Shown: positions 27,851 to 41,118 of the stretch, in pieces
Numbering within the stretch: position 1 is the first letter of the stretch
Layout of the letters: each line of letters starts with the position of its first letter
From: Azolla caroliniana
Lineage: Eukaryota > Plantae > Polypodiophyta
Reading direction: 5' to 3'
NCBI GenBank assembly: GCA_043228905.1
Contig: JBHGNT010000001.1
Coordinates: 35,960,001-36,024,000, forward strand
DNA length: 64,000 nt
The notes under the pieces: generated by a model
What the model was told of the DNA's origin: nothing
The model's input: the letters and a program-made list of their open reading frames with translations, nothing else
Databases searched by the model: none
Translations under genes and position numbers: made by a program

Positions 27851-30003
27851 TACACATCACGAAATGGTTATGGTGCAATTACATTTGGAAAAAGCATATG
27901 ATCATGTTAATTGGTCTTTCCTCTCAGGTGTGCTGTATAATATGGGGTTTGGTCCTCGTATGTGTCGACTTATCTTTTTGTTAGGGGAAAATGCAACCTC
28001 TCGTGTGATGCTTAATGGCGGAGTCACTCCGAAAGTGTTTCTTACTAGATCCGTGCGGCAAGGATGTCCACTAAGCCCATTATTATTTGCTATTGTTACA
28101 CATCCTTTGTTAGTAATGTTGTCAAATCTTGCGGCCAGTAGTGATATTGTGGGTTTGCATCTTCCTTCTAGTGGACAATTAGTGGCATAAGCATTGGCAG
28201 ATGATTCTTTTATGATTTTACAAGCCTCAAAAGAAAATCTTAAAATGCGTATGCAAGTTTGGGATCAATTTGCTTTGGCTTCAGGGTTTTATATAAATTG
28301 GAGGAAGTCTTGCCTTATTTCTTGTACGGAGAGTGATTTGGAATGTTGGGATGGCGAGGGTCAGTGATTGCACAAGGTTCAATTTATCGACATTTGGGTT
28401 ATCCATTGGGCATTGATGTTACAAATGTTCAATTGATTGATTGGATTGGTAGTAAATTGAGGGACAATTTTATGTATTGGAAGTCTCAATTATGGCCCTT
28501 TCATGTACAACTCAAAGTGGTGCAATGTATCTTGATACCCATGTTATTATATTTTTTGCCTTTACTTCCTTGGACTAAGAAGGCATTACAAAGCATGTTA
28601 CAACCTATTCGGTTCATGTTGTGGCGGAAGGGAGAAATGATGGGAGTTACATGGATTTCAAGGGACCATTTGGCTACTCCTAAAAGGTTAGGTGGTGTAG
28701 CAATATTGGATTTGGAAAGACATTTGATGGCTCGTAGATTTATATTATTACGAGATATATGTCAACAAGATCAACCATGGATATCTATGATGCAATATTT
28801 TATTGAGCATGAAGGATTGGTGCATGGGAAAACAAAGATTCAAGCATCATGGTGGTGACTACTGAATGGAAGTATTCCTCTAAAGATTCGACATTCTGTA
28901 TGTGGACAACATTTGGTAAGATCGTGGCAAGATGCATTCTCTCTTTTTGAATGGGGACCATCAAGTGATCGAGAATATTGTAATTCATTACAAAACGAAT
29001 TGCTTGTTTCTTTTCGAGTGTTGTTTTGGCATGGGAAAGAGAAGTTGAGATCTCAATTCAATTGTTTATTTCGATTGGGGATTGTACATTTGGAAGATGT
29101 GGTTGATAATGAATCTCAAAGGTTGTCGGATTTTGAAGATGCCAAGAGATGGTTATGTATTCCCCCAAATTATGGATTTATTTGGGAGAAATTACATGAT
29201 ATACCATTGTTGCAAGGATCTTTCCCATTGAAAACCAATTTTGCAACTTGGGTAGATTGGCGGTTACAAGATGGTACACGCTTATTATAAGTCACTACAA
29301 ATATATTGTATCATCATGCGATGGCATCATTATCTTGGCTATCTCCTAAAGCAACGAAGTTGTGAAATGTATATAAGTCACATGCAAGGTGGTGGAAAAT
29401 ATTACGTGGTTGGCATTCCCATCTACCATTTCGTGCAAAGGTATTCATATGGAGAGTCATGATTGGTGGGCTCCCATTAGGTTCGGTCTTAAAGAGATGA
29501 GGACTAGGGTCTGGCACTTGTTTCTTTTGCACCGTTCCATTGGAGGATAGTACACATAGGTTCATTAAATGTCCTATAGCATGTACCATTTGGAAGTACT
29601 TATCGGACATTTGGCAAGTTTTAACCCGTTGTTGTTTGAGACCTCAACAATGGGTTTTTTCTCAATATGTTCAAAGTGGATCAAATGATGAGATGGAGAT
29701 ATTGTTCCAATTTTAACGTTATTGGGGTCTACAACGCAATTGGAATATGCGTAATGCTTTCATGTTTGATAATAGACATGGGGTGAAAGCCTATATAAAG
29801 AAGCTTAAAGGTATTCTCATGTGGAATTTTTGGATGTTAGAGCATGTGGGGATCATTTCCTCAAATGCATATTCAGGTTTTTTCATAGCATTACAGAACG
29901 TGCCTCTCCCTACATAGGCATATGATAAGTAGAGGAGACTAAGAAGCGTTGTAACTAAGTGAATTTTACATACAATTAATATAATTGTGTGCTTTTACCA
30001 AAA
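27851..30003 (+). mobile_element. L1-like LINE copy B (same family as copy A, 5'-truncated within RT), disrupted
   Basis: Collinear with copy A from ~25655 onward (VQLHLEKAYDHVNW, RQGCPLSP, ALADDS, zf-RVT) but with many substitutions. It has the same 3' terminus, attaatataattgtgtg.ttt.accaaa, followed by (GA)4 and G24. Confidence 0.92.
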
Positions 30004-30011
30004 GAGAGAGA

Positions 30012-30043
<32 letters not shown>

Positions 30044-30299
30044 AGACATTGTATTAAGCAAAATGGGGGATAATACAATAGTAAATCTACTAATAAACAA
30101 TATAACTAACATTCATAATTCATTACATGAGGAGGGTATCGGGTTATATGGAACGTTATACATGTATTTTACATAGGAACCTAGAATAATTTGTTATGGT
30201 TTATATGGAACGTTATAGATGTATTTTACATAGAAACCTAGAATAATTTGTTATGAGAGGAGTTTGAGTGGGATATCACAAAGTATCCATTACCATTAA

Positions 30300-31330
30300 T
30301 ACAAAAGGTATCTACCTTTACACTTATGATAAGGGTGGACTTTAGCACAACCTCTTAAATAAAATATGTTCATACATAAATTGTTTGGTTGAGTTTGATA
30401 TCTCAGCACTCCCCCTCAAATTCAACCACGTTGTACTATCAAATGAATGATAAACCCTGTTGTACTATCAAATGAATGATAAGCATGACTTATTGGATCA
30501 AGTGCACAAAAGCAAGCGTCGTTAAAAATCTCTCAACTGGTCTCCACCAAGTATTTTGGTGTAGATGTCCATACTTTGATGACTGTACAACATATGTTGG
30601 AGATCCATGTCTCCCACTAGTAGTTGTTGTTGGATGTAATTAAGCCATGGAACACTACGTTTCATACCAACTCTATAATACTTAGATTATTGCAAGGATC
30701 TGAGCCAACTCATTGACATGGATCTAAAAATTCTTTAGGATACATTTAAGCCTAATGTCATCAAATGTGGGATTCACCATACCCTTATATTCCACCTATA
30801 TACAAAGATATGGCATGGTGGCATTCACTAAGGAGAATGCAAAGCATTGTCAATCCATTGAATAGCTGGCCTTGCTGGATTAATATACATAACACTCAAC
30901 TATGAAAGATAACAAAGAGTCAATGGACAATGTCAAGAGATGGTGGCTTACTATTCAAAATAGTAGGTACTACACATTGTACAAGAGTTCTGTTGTGAAC
31001 CAATGCTTGTTTGAGCTTTGTAAGTTTCTCATGTATATACTTGATCAATGTTGGTGCATGCATATTAGGTTGATCCGACTAGTCTTCTCCTCCATATAAA
31101 AAGTTCTCCCACCAAAGGCCGAGATTCATATCCATACGAATATGAATTCATCTCCATGATATATGTAAACTTCTACATCTGCCTAGTGTTGATAGACAAT
31201 CCCAAAAGCTTTGAGTGTCAAGCTCGGGTCCGTGACAAGTTGAGCCAAAAGACGTGGGCTCTTAAGCATTCTTCCTAGGCACACTTCTTCCTCAATAAGC
31301 TCTTGCCTCTACATTGAGATTGTTAGATGG
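30300..31330. mobile_element. Degenerate LTR-retrotransposon debris
   Basis: A minus-strand polypurine tract followed by TG (tgagggggagtg) lies at ~30407-30418. Scattered RT/RNase H-like peptide fragments (e.g. LTKLKQAL on the minus strand). No intact ORF. Confidence 0.3.
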
Positions 31331-31643
31331 GGAATCTACTCTAATGTTAGAGACATGGGTCGATACATATGTCAAATCATTCCAAACCTTACTATAGTTT
31401 CATGCTAACCAGTAAAGCCAAGGTAGCCATGTTTATGATAATCAAGATAATATGTTAACCTTACTTTAAAAACTTGATTATATGTTGAATCACACTAAAT
31501 GAGTAGCAGATCTGATTAAGTCTGCTTAGGAAAATTTGTCCTAACTTAGAACCCCTTTGCAAGTTGTTGTTTGGTTTCTTTCCTCTTCTTGCTCTTTCAC
31601 ACTAGGATATGACAAGGTGCCTACCTTCTAACTACTTCCATTG

Positions 31644-33707
31644 TCACCAAGTCATCTGGTTATAGGAGGATGATAATTGTCTCGATGGAGTTTGTCCCCA
31701 CGAAGAGTAAGGACCATGATAGGAAGGCCTCGAAGGGTCAAGGGGCACCACGATTCCATGTAGTATGGTATCAAGTACCTCGTGCATTTGTGGTCGCTCT
31801 TCGGGGATCGGATGGCAACAATGCAAAGCCAAATGCAGGATGCACCTCCACATTGTCTCCATCTCCCCACTTACGTCCATCCTCGGGTCCAAAACCGTGG
31901 GTAGTGCGCCGCTCTCATGCTTGGACCAAACCCAATCGAGCAACATACGCTCCTCAGGTTGGTTGAGCCTCGGGTCGATGACCCGGCGGCCGCACGCGAG
32001 CTCTAACGCGAGCACGCCATAGCTAAAGACATCTACTTTGTCGGTCGGAGTGCGGGTGAAGAGCAGTTCGGGCGCGGCATATCCGGGGGTGCCGGCGGCC
32101 GTCATTGTCTGTGTGATATGGTTGTCGTCCTTGAGCAGGCGGAGCAGCCCGAAATCGCCCAGCATTGCCTTGAAGTCCGATGTGAGCAGCACGTTCGCGG
32201 CCTTCACATCCCGGTGCACTGCGCCCGCTGCGTGCAGATGGTTCAGGGCTTCCGCCACTCCCTTCAGGATGTCCACCCTAATCTCGCTTGTCAACATGCT
32301 GGCCTCCCCCTTCCCGAACAGGTGGTCCGCAAGGCTCCCATTGCTCATGAATTGGTACACCAGCATGGCCTCCCCTTTCTCGTAGCACCATCCTTTGAGG
32401 TTCACCAGGCGTGGATGCTGCAGCGTGTTGATCATCTTGATCTCCAAGAAGAACTCATCGCTCTTCCGCAGCCCCTCTTTGTTCAGCCGCTTGATCGCCA
32501 CTTCACACATGGATCTATCTGTATTTGGTTGCTTTAATCTGCCCTTGTAGACGACGCTGAATCCACCACTCCCCACTCTGGCCTTGTCATGGAAGCCCTG
32601 GGTCGCCTTCCACAGCTCCTTGTACGTGTACCGCGGCATAGCCGCTGGAACTAGTACATCTTGTGGGATTAGGGCAAGCTCCGACACTTGATCATCATCA
32701 GAAGAACAACAGCATCTTTTCCTGTAGGCAATGGCTGCCACTATGATTACCGTGGCTACGACCCCACCGACAATGCTAGAAATGAGTATAAGTAGAGAAT
32801 TGCCTGATTTTCGCGTGTACACTGCCTGAGGCACCTGGTTGCTTACAGCGTTGTCTCGTACAACAGTACTTAGCGAGAAATTCCAAGAATAGATCGCACA
32901 GCCTTGGTAATTCAAACCGGTAGTCGCGGACAAGCCGACAAACATGTCGGAATCAAGGAACAGAGTGGAGAGGTCATATCTTGTGCTGAGGAGCGGATCA
33001 CGCGGCCGAGAAATCGAAGTGGACATGGTAATGTTGACCATCCGGACCTCGATGGATATGTTGGAGTAGTAATAATCCACCCACACCATGAAAGAAGAGT
33101 TCTTGTGGAGGTCGAGATGGGGATTCTTAGACGAAGCACTCGTATCAATGGTGATTGATGAGACGACGCCATTGAAGTCGATCCCGACATGGTTGTTGTT
33201 GGGGTCTTTCACATAACTGTTCTGGTAGGTGTCGAACTCAATGGCGAAGAGATGGGCATCCATGTAAGTGCCATTGGCGATGCCGAAGAACCCGCCCCCG
33301 CTCTTCTCGGGAATGGTGTGATACGGAGAGATAAAGAAGGTCATACCATCTCCGACTTCCGAGGTGCCGGAAGGGGTAATGAACTGGAACTGGAAGGAGG
33401 TGTGGAAGGAGGTGATATTTGTGAGCAAGGTCAAGGGGGCGGCAGACACGAGCCATCCCGCGTTTCCGTACATTTCACTCTGCTGCTGCACGCGAGGATC
33501 GGGCGTGAGCCAGAGCCTGCCATTGCTGAGAGTGGTATTGCCTAGTCGGGTAAGGTTTGGGTGCGGTGTGTCATTTGCAGGATCATAGGTAAACATGTAA
33601 TCAACTGTTGTGACATTGAGATGATGGTTGGCACCAACAACAAAGGTGGCTTGCAGGCTAGCATACACTAGAAAAAGCAGGATAGTGGATGCTCCAGCCA
33701 TGGCCAT
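31644..33707 (-). CDS. LecRK: L-type lectin receptor-like kinase, intronless, ~687 aa
   Basis: ATG at 33707 (alternative at 33701), followed by a signal peptide. Lectin motifs: GDGMTFFI, FAIEFDT, NNHVGIDFN. Then a TM helix and a kinase with GSGGFSVVYKG, VAIK, HRDVKAANVLL, DFG and GTPGYAAPE. The kinase is very similar to the 5992 copy, while the lectin domain is clearly more diverged. Confidence 0.95.
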   Translation of the reverse strand: MAMAGASTILLFLVYASLQATFVVGANHHLNVTTVDYMFTYDPANDTPHPNLTRLGNTTLSNGRLWLTPDPRVQQQSEMYGNAGWLVSAAPLTLLTNITSFHTSFQFQFITPSGTSEVGDGMTFFISPYHTIPEKSGGGFFGIANGTYMDAHLFAIEFDTYQNSYVKDPNNNHVGIDFNGVVSSITIDTSASSKNPHLDLHKNSSFMVWVDYYYSNISIEVRMVNITMSTSISRPRDPLLSTRYDLSTLFLDSDMFVGLSATTGLNYQGCAIYSWNFSLSTVVRDNAVSNQVPQAVYTRKSGNSLLILISSIVGGVVATVIIVAAIAYRKRCCCSSDDDQVSELALIPQDVLVPAAMPRYTYKELWKATQGFHDKARVGSGGFSVVYKGRLKQPNTDRSMCEVAIKRLNKEGLRKSDEFFLEIKMINTLQHPRLVNLKGWCYEKGEAMLVYQFMSNGSLADHLFGKGEASMLTSEIRVDILKGVAEALNHLHAAGAVHRDVKAANVLLTSDFKAMLGDFGLLRLLKDDNHITQTMTAAGTPGYAAPELLFTRTPTDKVDVFSYGVLALELACGRRVIDPRLNQPEERMLLDWVWSKHESGALPTVLDPRMDVSGEMETMWRCILHLALHCCHPIPEERPQMHEVLDTILHGIVVPLDPSRPSYHGPYSSWGQTPSRQLSSSYNQMTW

Positions 33708-35559
33708 CGCCAGAGCCAAAGAATTCAAAGACACAGCGACAGAGACAGAGGTAGAGCGACTATGTCAGAATTCAAAAGAAACCAATTAGGTTTTACTACA
33801 CGAGTGGCTGCCATGTTATCGAGACAACCTTCCACCATGTGTGCGTTTGTAAACTTAGGAAACAGATACATATACGGCTCTGCGCACACAATATATGTAT
33901 GGGATCTTGTTAATCTGGCCTTTTCTCATTTGTGGGTGTCTCTATATATATTACATGTAATATAAATACATACATCCTGCATGAAGGACGTAAACGTTGA
34001 ATCCTAGTGTGGGCTAGAGAAGCATGTAACTTGGGTGCGATAATGAATGGTGATTCAAGGAATTGTAGCAGCATTGCAAGCCATGTTGATATAATCCGAA
34101 AAGTCAAGAGTGTGCATTAATGCTGTGTTCTCATTTATTCCAAAGCTCAACTTAAGAATGGAAGGCCAAACTTGAGAAATCATTTCCTCGTCCCCTTTCA
34201 GCCCCCATGGACATGTGCAAAGTGGTGCTAAATTTGACACGATTAGGATGTGTGCGGAACCAACATTTATTGCTAGTATCCGACTACAATATACAAGACT
34301 AAGATGTTGATATATTCGATATAATAGAAATTGGAGCTAGTAGTTACAAAGTGCACATAGCAAAGGGTAAGATGAAAGGACGTAATTAAGAGATTTGAAT
34401 GGATGTAACGTGATGGTGGTGTGTTGTGATTTTCTTTGTGACATCTACATAATCATATGGGAGCCATGTTGGTTGTAATCCAAATTGAGTATTAAATATA
34501 TGGACATTCTTCTCAATATTCTATATATATAATTGTGCTTTTGCTGGTTAATTAAGACATCAATTCATTAAAGATCCTGTTTCTCACAACAATGTGCGTT
34601 GGTTTCCTATATTTCTATCTTCCATTTTTATTATTTGCAATTTTAAGAGATTTTGCCATGGAGTGATGATATGAACCTTAAACAACCATAAATGTTGCTC
34701 TTCTATTATTAGGTAGATCTAATTCAGGAACTCAATCATGCCCCTTTAGCCGCTTCAGAGTTCTTTGTCTTCATAAATGAAATTAGTGTGCTTTATTGTC
34801 TTGTGTGCTTGGTTACATTGGCTCAAATCGCACTAAGTCATCCTAAACTCGCATAGTTTATGAAACTCATTAGTCATTTCACTCAAGTATTATGTCCCCG
34901 TACTCTTTGAGTGGGCCTTTCATATAACACTCATCCCAAGCACTCCAATAACAATATTCCTCATTTTCAAGAGGAAATTCCTTTATAAAGTTAGTGTATT
35001 CTTGTTGCCAAGGGAAACAATGTATGATGCTTCAAGCATATCGAAATCCATTTTGATGTAGTCCAAAATCATTCAAATACTTGGAAGCATTCAAATGAAA
35101 ACTACGAATGAAGTATTCTCCTATGACCTACATGCGTTTTGAGGTTGAGTGAAGAAAATATAAGTGTGGACTTTACATTAAAACAACTCAAAAGACTACT
35201 TGTATATTTTCAAGAGACATTGAACAACAATCCACTAGTAGGCATATCAAAATTCTTGGATGATGACAAAGGAGGATGTGGAGAAGAAGGGAATCCAAAG
35301 GATTTAACAAGAGAAGTGTCGCCTAAAATAGAGGAAGTCAATCGTCAAGAGGCAAGTGTGCATTGTGGAATCATCAATGGATTATACATAGTCTACTAAG
35401 GATAAACCCCTCAAACTAGGTAGAAGAAAAGGCTAAAGGATACGATGAAGTAAAGGATTAAAGCAAGAGAAATACAATCCATGAATGATGAGAATAGGAA
35501 AAGTGAGTTATAGTTAAGAAATCAACTAAGCTTTTTCCACCACAAAATCTAAAATTCAG

Positions 35560-36130
35560 CATGGAAGAAGTGGGAAGCTAAAAGTTAAGAATGTAAATTT
35601 TTTGAAGTCATAGAGCATGACCAATGACTCTTTTTGAGTCATAGAATAATTTTGTTCACATGGATTAAATTGGTGGCTATCAAATGTTATTGGGAAATCC
35701 ATCTTCTTGTCTCTAAGATGTGCTACGACCATAATAACCACAAAGCAATGTACATGGTGTTCCCTAATAAGGCATTCTTTGAGAAACCCCAATGACTTTC
35801 TACAATTCTTCATCCATTTGAACTATTATGATATTCCATACAATGGTCTTTACCTCGCAACAAACATTTTAATGCAATGTCGAAAGTCTTGGAATTGTTT
35901 CTAATTAGTTGGAGGAAGCATGTCAAATATTAGTTTGAATTTATCTTCATCAATCAAGAAACCATCCTTGGGCATGATGCCTCCAAATATCAACGCATGT
36001 TTAACCGAGGCGCTCATTGGAAACAATTCTCTCAAGAGGGTGAGATTTTTGCCATAACTTGAGTTACAATATAGGTTTAGAAGCATGGGAATGGGCACAA
36101 AATATTGCATCTTTGACATCACTAGAGACA
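35560..36130 (-). mobile_element. Decayed Ty3/gypsy RT-RNase H fragment
   Basis: GGIMPKDGFLIDEDKFKLIFDMLPPTN matches the RT C-terminal G.++S.DG+.+D..K+..I..M.PP pattern. SHQFNPCEQNYSMTQKESLVMLYDFKKF matches the gypsy RNase H SR.L...E.NY...E+E.L motif. Confidence 0.65.
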
Positions 36131-36744
36131 TATGTTTTTAGTTGTTTGTTTGTTTATATTATTAGAATTGATTTGGTTGGGCATTATGGTCCTTTGGCTT
36201 GCATACTTGTTTGTGCTTTGTGCATCTTCTTTCTTCCATTGACCTCTATTTCGGTGGTGGGGTCCTCCTAATAGGATCATAGATTTTGGTGGTTTTTCCT
36301 AATAATGCGCATCGTAAGTGGCTAATTCATAGGAATGCAGGACAAGTTTATGCCAACAAGATTCCATTCAATGAAAAAAGTTGTCTAAGTTACATCGTGA
36401 TACCCACTCTTCTTGCTTGTGAGGTTAACGAGGACAACTGAAGGCTATATATTTCCACCTCCTCGACGAAGTCTATGAAATCTCTGTTGCACTTTCAAGA
36501 CAACTTGATATGCACGATCTAAACTAGACTTTCTCGATTGTCAAAACTAATAGTTCCTAAAGGCTTCAGTGGAATGTAGTTCGATCGGGGTCGGCCGAAG
36601 GCTTATGTGAGGCGATGGCCAGGAACAAGAGTGTACGCAATGGCCGGCATGTTGTGCAGGAAAGGCCGAGCAGCCGAGATGTTGGACACTCTTGGAATGT
36701 GTTTGTCTCCAATCCTCAAGAAACGAACGCATAAATGCACAACA

Positions 36745-36812
36745 GGCACAGACACAGATAGAGATATAGATATAGTTATAGATACAGATACAGATACAGA
36801 TACAGATACATA
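36745..36812. repeat. (GATACA)n-type hexanucleotide microsatellite upstream of the 36886 gene
   Basis: gatacagatacagataca... with degenerate gatata/gacaca units. Confidence 0.8.
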
Positions 36813-36885
36813 TATAAGTAAAATCCGTCATGGAATGATTCCGTTCTTTCTTTCGAGCTAATTGTTTGTCCTCATCGCCATCGCC

Positions 36886-39362
36886 ATGGCTCCATCTGCT
36901 CAGAAGCAGAAATTACCACCCTTTGCTCTTCTGCTCCTTGTCTCCTCCGCTCTCATTCTCCTCATTACTTATCAGACCTTCAGAGATCGCAAGAGCGTTG
37001 CCGATTTGATGAAGGTGAAGGATTCTGCCATTGAAGACCTCGAAGAAAGCTTGAAGGTAAATCTCTTATTTTCGTTCAAATCATAGAATCTTCCTTTCTT
37101 TCATTTGTTTGCGTACATCATATTCTCGCTCTTCCTTTTCTTTCTTTTAGGTTTCTTCTATGTTCCTGATTTCCGATCTGATACGAATTTACGGAAAAAA
37201 TCTCATTTTGAACTCTGTTCCAGAGGAATTTCATAGTCATTCTTCCTTGACCTAATGGCCATGCTATTGGTGTCTTTTTCAAGAACATTTTCCTCGTATA
37301 AATTTGATATGGCTCTTCAGGAATGATTCACTTGTCTGAGGCTATAGATCCATGCATTAGCTTCATCAGAGTCTATCTACAATTTTTTCCTCGAGATTTT
37401 CCAATGTTCCATGTACATTTTATGCATCTCTATGACTGTCATTTCGTTAACGGAAAATTATCTAGCTTCTTGAACATGTTCATATCTCATTTTTCTCTGG
37501 TTAAGTGGAGATATTTGGATATGTAAGCATAAAGTCAAACAAAGATATTATAGTTGTGCTTGATCATTATTTAAGAAACAATGGGTTGACCCACGCACAC
37601 ATGGGTTTTTCTACACTAGAATCAACATAATTCTTTCAGTTTGCATAATAAAAAGTCCCTGATCCTGATATATGGTTTTGATCCACTTCACCAATGATAG
37701 ATGCTTATTTTTTTGAGCTTCCTTAATTCAAGAATGGTTTGTCCTACATCAGACTGTGAAAGGCATTATAAAAATGAAAAATAGTTTATCCATGCGTAAA
37801 ATGTGACCAGCTAGTTCTTTTTTCAACCAATCTGAGTTGAAGAATGTTTGCTGACTCAAATGCTAGAAGAAGGTTGACAATTTTGTTTGTTGATTCAAAT
37901 GCTAGAAGAATATTTATAGTTTTGTTTGGTGACTCAAATGCTAGAAGAAGATGCTGATCTTGGCATGGATTGAAAACATATATCTAATTTTTCGCATATA
38001 GTCTCACATGTTTGAAGATAAGAGTGGTTGTCAATTACTTAATACCTTTGAGAATTTCTAGAGAAGGATTTAAAGCTTGGATATTGTTTATATGTTAAGG
38101 CAGATTATGCAAATGGGATAAGCCTAATCAAGCTTATATCAAAATCTGAGGACGAAATCTGAGTGTTATTTATTCTTCTTGTGTTTAATAAAAGTAAATA
38201 TGCAACATTTCTAACTACAGAAAACTGTATTTTTTACTAATATAGAATCAGCTATTTGTTTGAGAGTTTCTTATTTGGCCTCAATGTCTAATTTTGTAAC
38301 TCATTACATGTTCAATCCTGATTACTGCAAGTTATCCTAGTAATTTATCTAAATTCACTTAGTTCAATTTCTTAGGATGAGGAGAAAAGGAATGCTGATT
38401 TGGAAGAGAGATTGAGAAAGGCATTGTCTGGAAAGCAGAAACTCAATGATTTCAAGGATGGATTGAATAGACGCGTAAGAGAATTGGAACATGTAAAGAG
38501 CTCAGATGAAGGAGAAAAGAAAAGCTTGGAACTGTCTCTCGAAGGTAAGGAAAACGAAATCATTAGTTTAAAAGATAAGTTGATTGTTCTCCAGAAAAAT
38601 GAAGGGGAACTCAAACTTAGAAAAGATGAAATAGTCGAGAAAGATGCAGAGATTGAAAGCTTGAAAACACAACTGAGATCAGCACAGATATTATCTCCCG
38701 AAAAATCTGATGATGGTAAGGTAGGATATGAAGAAAAGCATACAAATGACGAAGGATACAAACAAAAGCATGAAAATGAGCCAGAATCCAAAGAGGAAAA
38801 CAAGGAAGTGTCTTATACTAAAGTAAATGAAGAAGAAGAGCTGAAAGGGGAAGTACAGACAGATGCTGAACCACATGGAGAAATTTCTATAGACAACAAA
38901 GGAGTATCAATGGAGAGTATAGAAGATGAGGAAGTGAAAACGGAATTTACTATAGATGTAGAAGACGAAAACTCTGTAGGAAGAAAGAGAGTGCCTGAAG
39001 AGAGCAAAGAAGAAGTTGAAATGGAAATCAAAGATAATGCCACAGACACCAAAATCATCACATCAGAAAGTGACGAAGGAGAAGATAATGGAGAAGAAGA
39101 AAGACACAATGATGGAAGTACAGAGAATGAAGACAGTGGTAATACCGATGATACAAAGCAGAGCATGGACATCAATGAAGGAACTAGTCAGGTAGATGAT
39201 AGAGGAGAGGAATTAGTAAATGAGGCTACAACAATGGAAGAAGATGATACAGCGAACATCAATGAAATAGAGGAGAGACTTGAAAGTGATAGAGGAGAGG
39301 TAGATATAGAGGCAATCAGCACAGTAGAAAATGAGGAGACAGAAGCAACAGCAATGGAATAG
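36886..39362 (+). CDS. Uncharacterised type II membrane protein: N-terminal signal-anchor, coiled coil, long acidic (E/D-rich) tail; 2 exons, ~385 aa
   Basis: join(36886..37056,38376..39362). The donor is AAG|GTAAAT and the acceptor cttag|GAT, joining in frame (LEESLK|DEEKRNADLEERL). A basic N-terminus precedes the hydrophobic stretch FALLLLVSSALILLITY. A heptad-like region is followed by an Asp/Glu-rich low-complexity region. Confidence 0.8.
37852..37950. repeat. 39-bp intronic tandem repeat, ~2.5 copies
   Basis: tga(c/t)tcaaatgctagaagaa occurs at ~37852, ~37891 and ~37930. Confidence 0.8.
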
Positions 39363-41118
39363 AGGTAAAGCTTTGGGTTAAAAAATCTCAAATTTCAAGG
39401 TTGAATCCTTCTTGGGGTACTTCTAACAGCGTATATCAGTTACTAGCTATGACCGTCATCTTGAATATTTAACAATAGAAAGCTTCCCATGGACTCACAG
39501 AACCATATTTTTTGTTGCATTGCTTCATCTTGCTCTCCTGATGAAGTGCTCCCTATTATTTATTTATTTATTTCAAGTAAATGGCTTGGCTGCCTTATAT
39601 ACTAATGCGTACCGCTAGTGTATTGTTTCAAAAACAATAAATGAGAAAACACAACTTGAATGATGTATGTCTAATTTGATAGTGAAAAAGATTATTGATG
39701 AGATCTTCTCAGGTCACCATTGACCTTTTTGCACTGTTTAAACTAATGATGTTGAAGATGTAAGAGTGTTGTTAATAGGACAGTTTCCAAAACGTGTTTT
39801 CATTAACAATTTAAAAATCAATTTGATCTATGGTATATGGTCAATCCGAGTCATTTCATGACAAAATTGAGGTTCTATCCATTGTGCTTGGATACAAATC
39901 TTCCATCTCTTGGAACCTTTTCAAATCTATAGATGACCAGAGATGTGCGTCAGGACGTAACCATTGACCATGATCTTCTTGATCTCCATGCACCTTCAAA
40001 GCTGTATGTCATACAGTCATTGTGAGGGACACAGGTTGTCCCTAACCCAAGACACTAAAAGCATGAACTTTCTTGCATGGATCATAACACAAGGTGCATG
40101 AGTGTAATTTATTGATGAAATGCCTCTTAGTTGAGCTTTGAATATGACATACAGGAATAGAACATAGTGATAGTTGTCATCTCTTGCAAGAAACACATTG
40201 ATGCCTTGGCTATAGCAAGCCACTTACTAACAAACTAATGGCAGATTCCATCATTGAGAAAACTACAATCTGTAGAACGCTAACGTGAACATGCTTGTTA
40301 ATTGTGTAATTCAGTGAGCCCTTGAGGACAATGAGGAGTGAGAAGGAGGGCATCAAACGAGAGGTGGATAGAGATATAAATTCAATGAATGATACATAGA
40401 ATATGACAGTTATTTGTGCTTATTAATAGCATTATTGACTTAGATTTAGAACCCTGAGACAAAGGAGGTGATGCATATGCATATCATCACAAGAGTAATG
40501 CATAGTTCAAACATGTTGCTCTCCTATATTTCATCCCAAATGTTGGTTCTTAGCTCTGTTTGAATAAATGTTGGATTGGGTGGAGTCATATCACACTTCC
40601 ATTCCCTGAATACCTTGTTGATAATCACTCTTACTTGGTTCATGAAAGGAGTGAACAGCCAGATTAACCACTATGTAATAGAATGTATGAGTTCATACAG
40701 AGATGGATGTCCAAGTATCAATTCATTGGCTGCTATAATGTGACATGGATTGGGTGTAGGGACAACCCTAAATAGACTGCAATAGCACCCTATGATATAT
40801 ACTCATTGGTGGTGTTTATAACTGTAAATATGACGATGATGATGCGGATGGTTTTGGTGGTGATGATGATAGTTTATAGCTTAAAAGACTGTCATTTGTA
40901 GTAAGCACGGTTCTGATACAATTCAAAAGATGAGGATTCTTTCTTTCTCAACCTCTGATTTAGAACAGAGGATCACAACACAACAGAGAGAGCAGAGCTT
41001 CAATGCCATCTCTTCAGCCCAAAACAGGAATCAGAACTAATGAGTTGAACACAGCTTCTCTTCTTCTGCCATATCCATTTATATATATTGAAGAAGCAAA
41101 TATCCTATCTAACCAGCT

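Noticed and set aside
30012-30035. G24 run (and the C-run at ~50548-50566) as a functional G-quadruplex
   Set aside because: These homopolymers abut microsatellite or low-complexity sequence and may be slippage or base-calling artefacts. No supporting evidence.
38372-39391. Ser/Phe-rich minus-strand ORFs
   Set aside because: Antisense shadows of the Glu/Asp/Lys-rich exon 2 of the 36886 gene.
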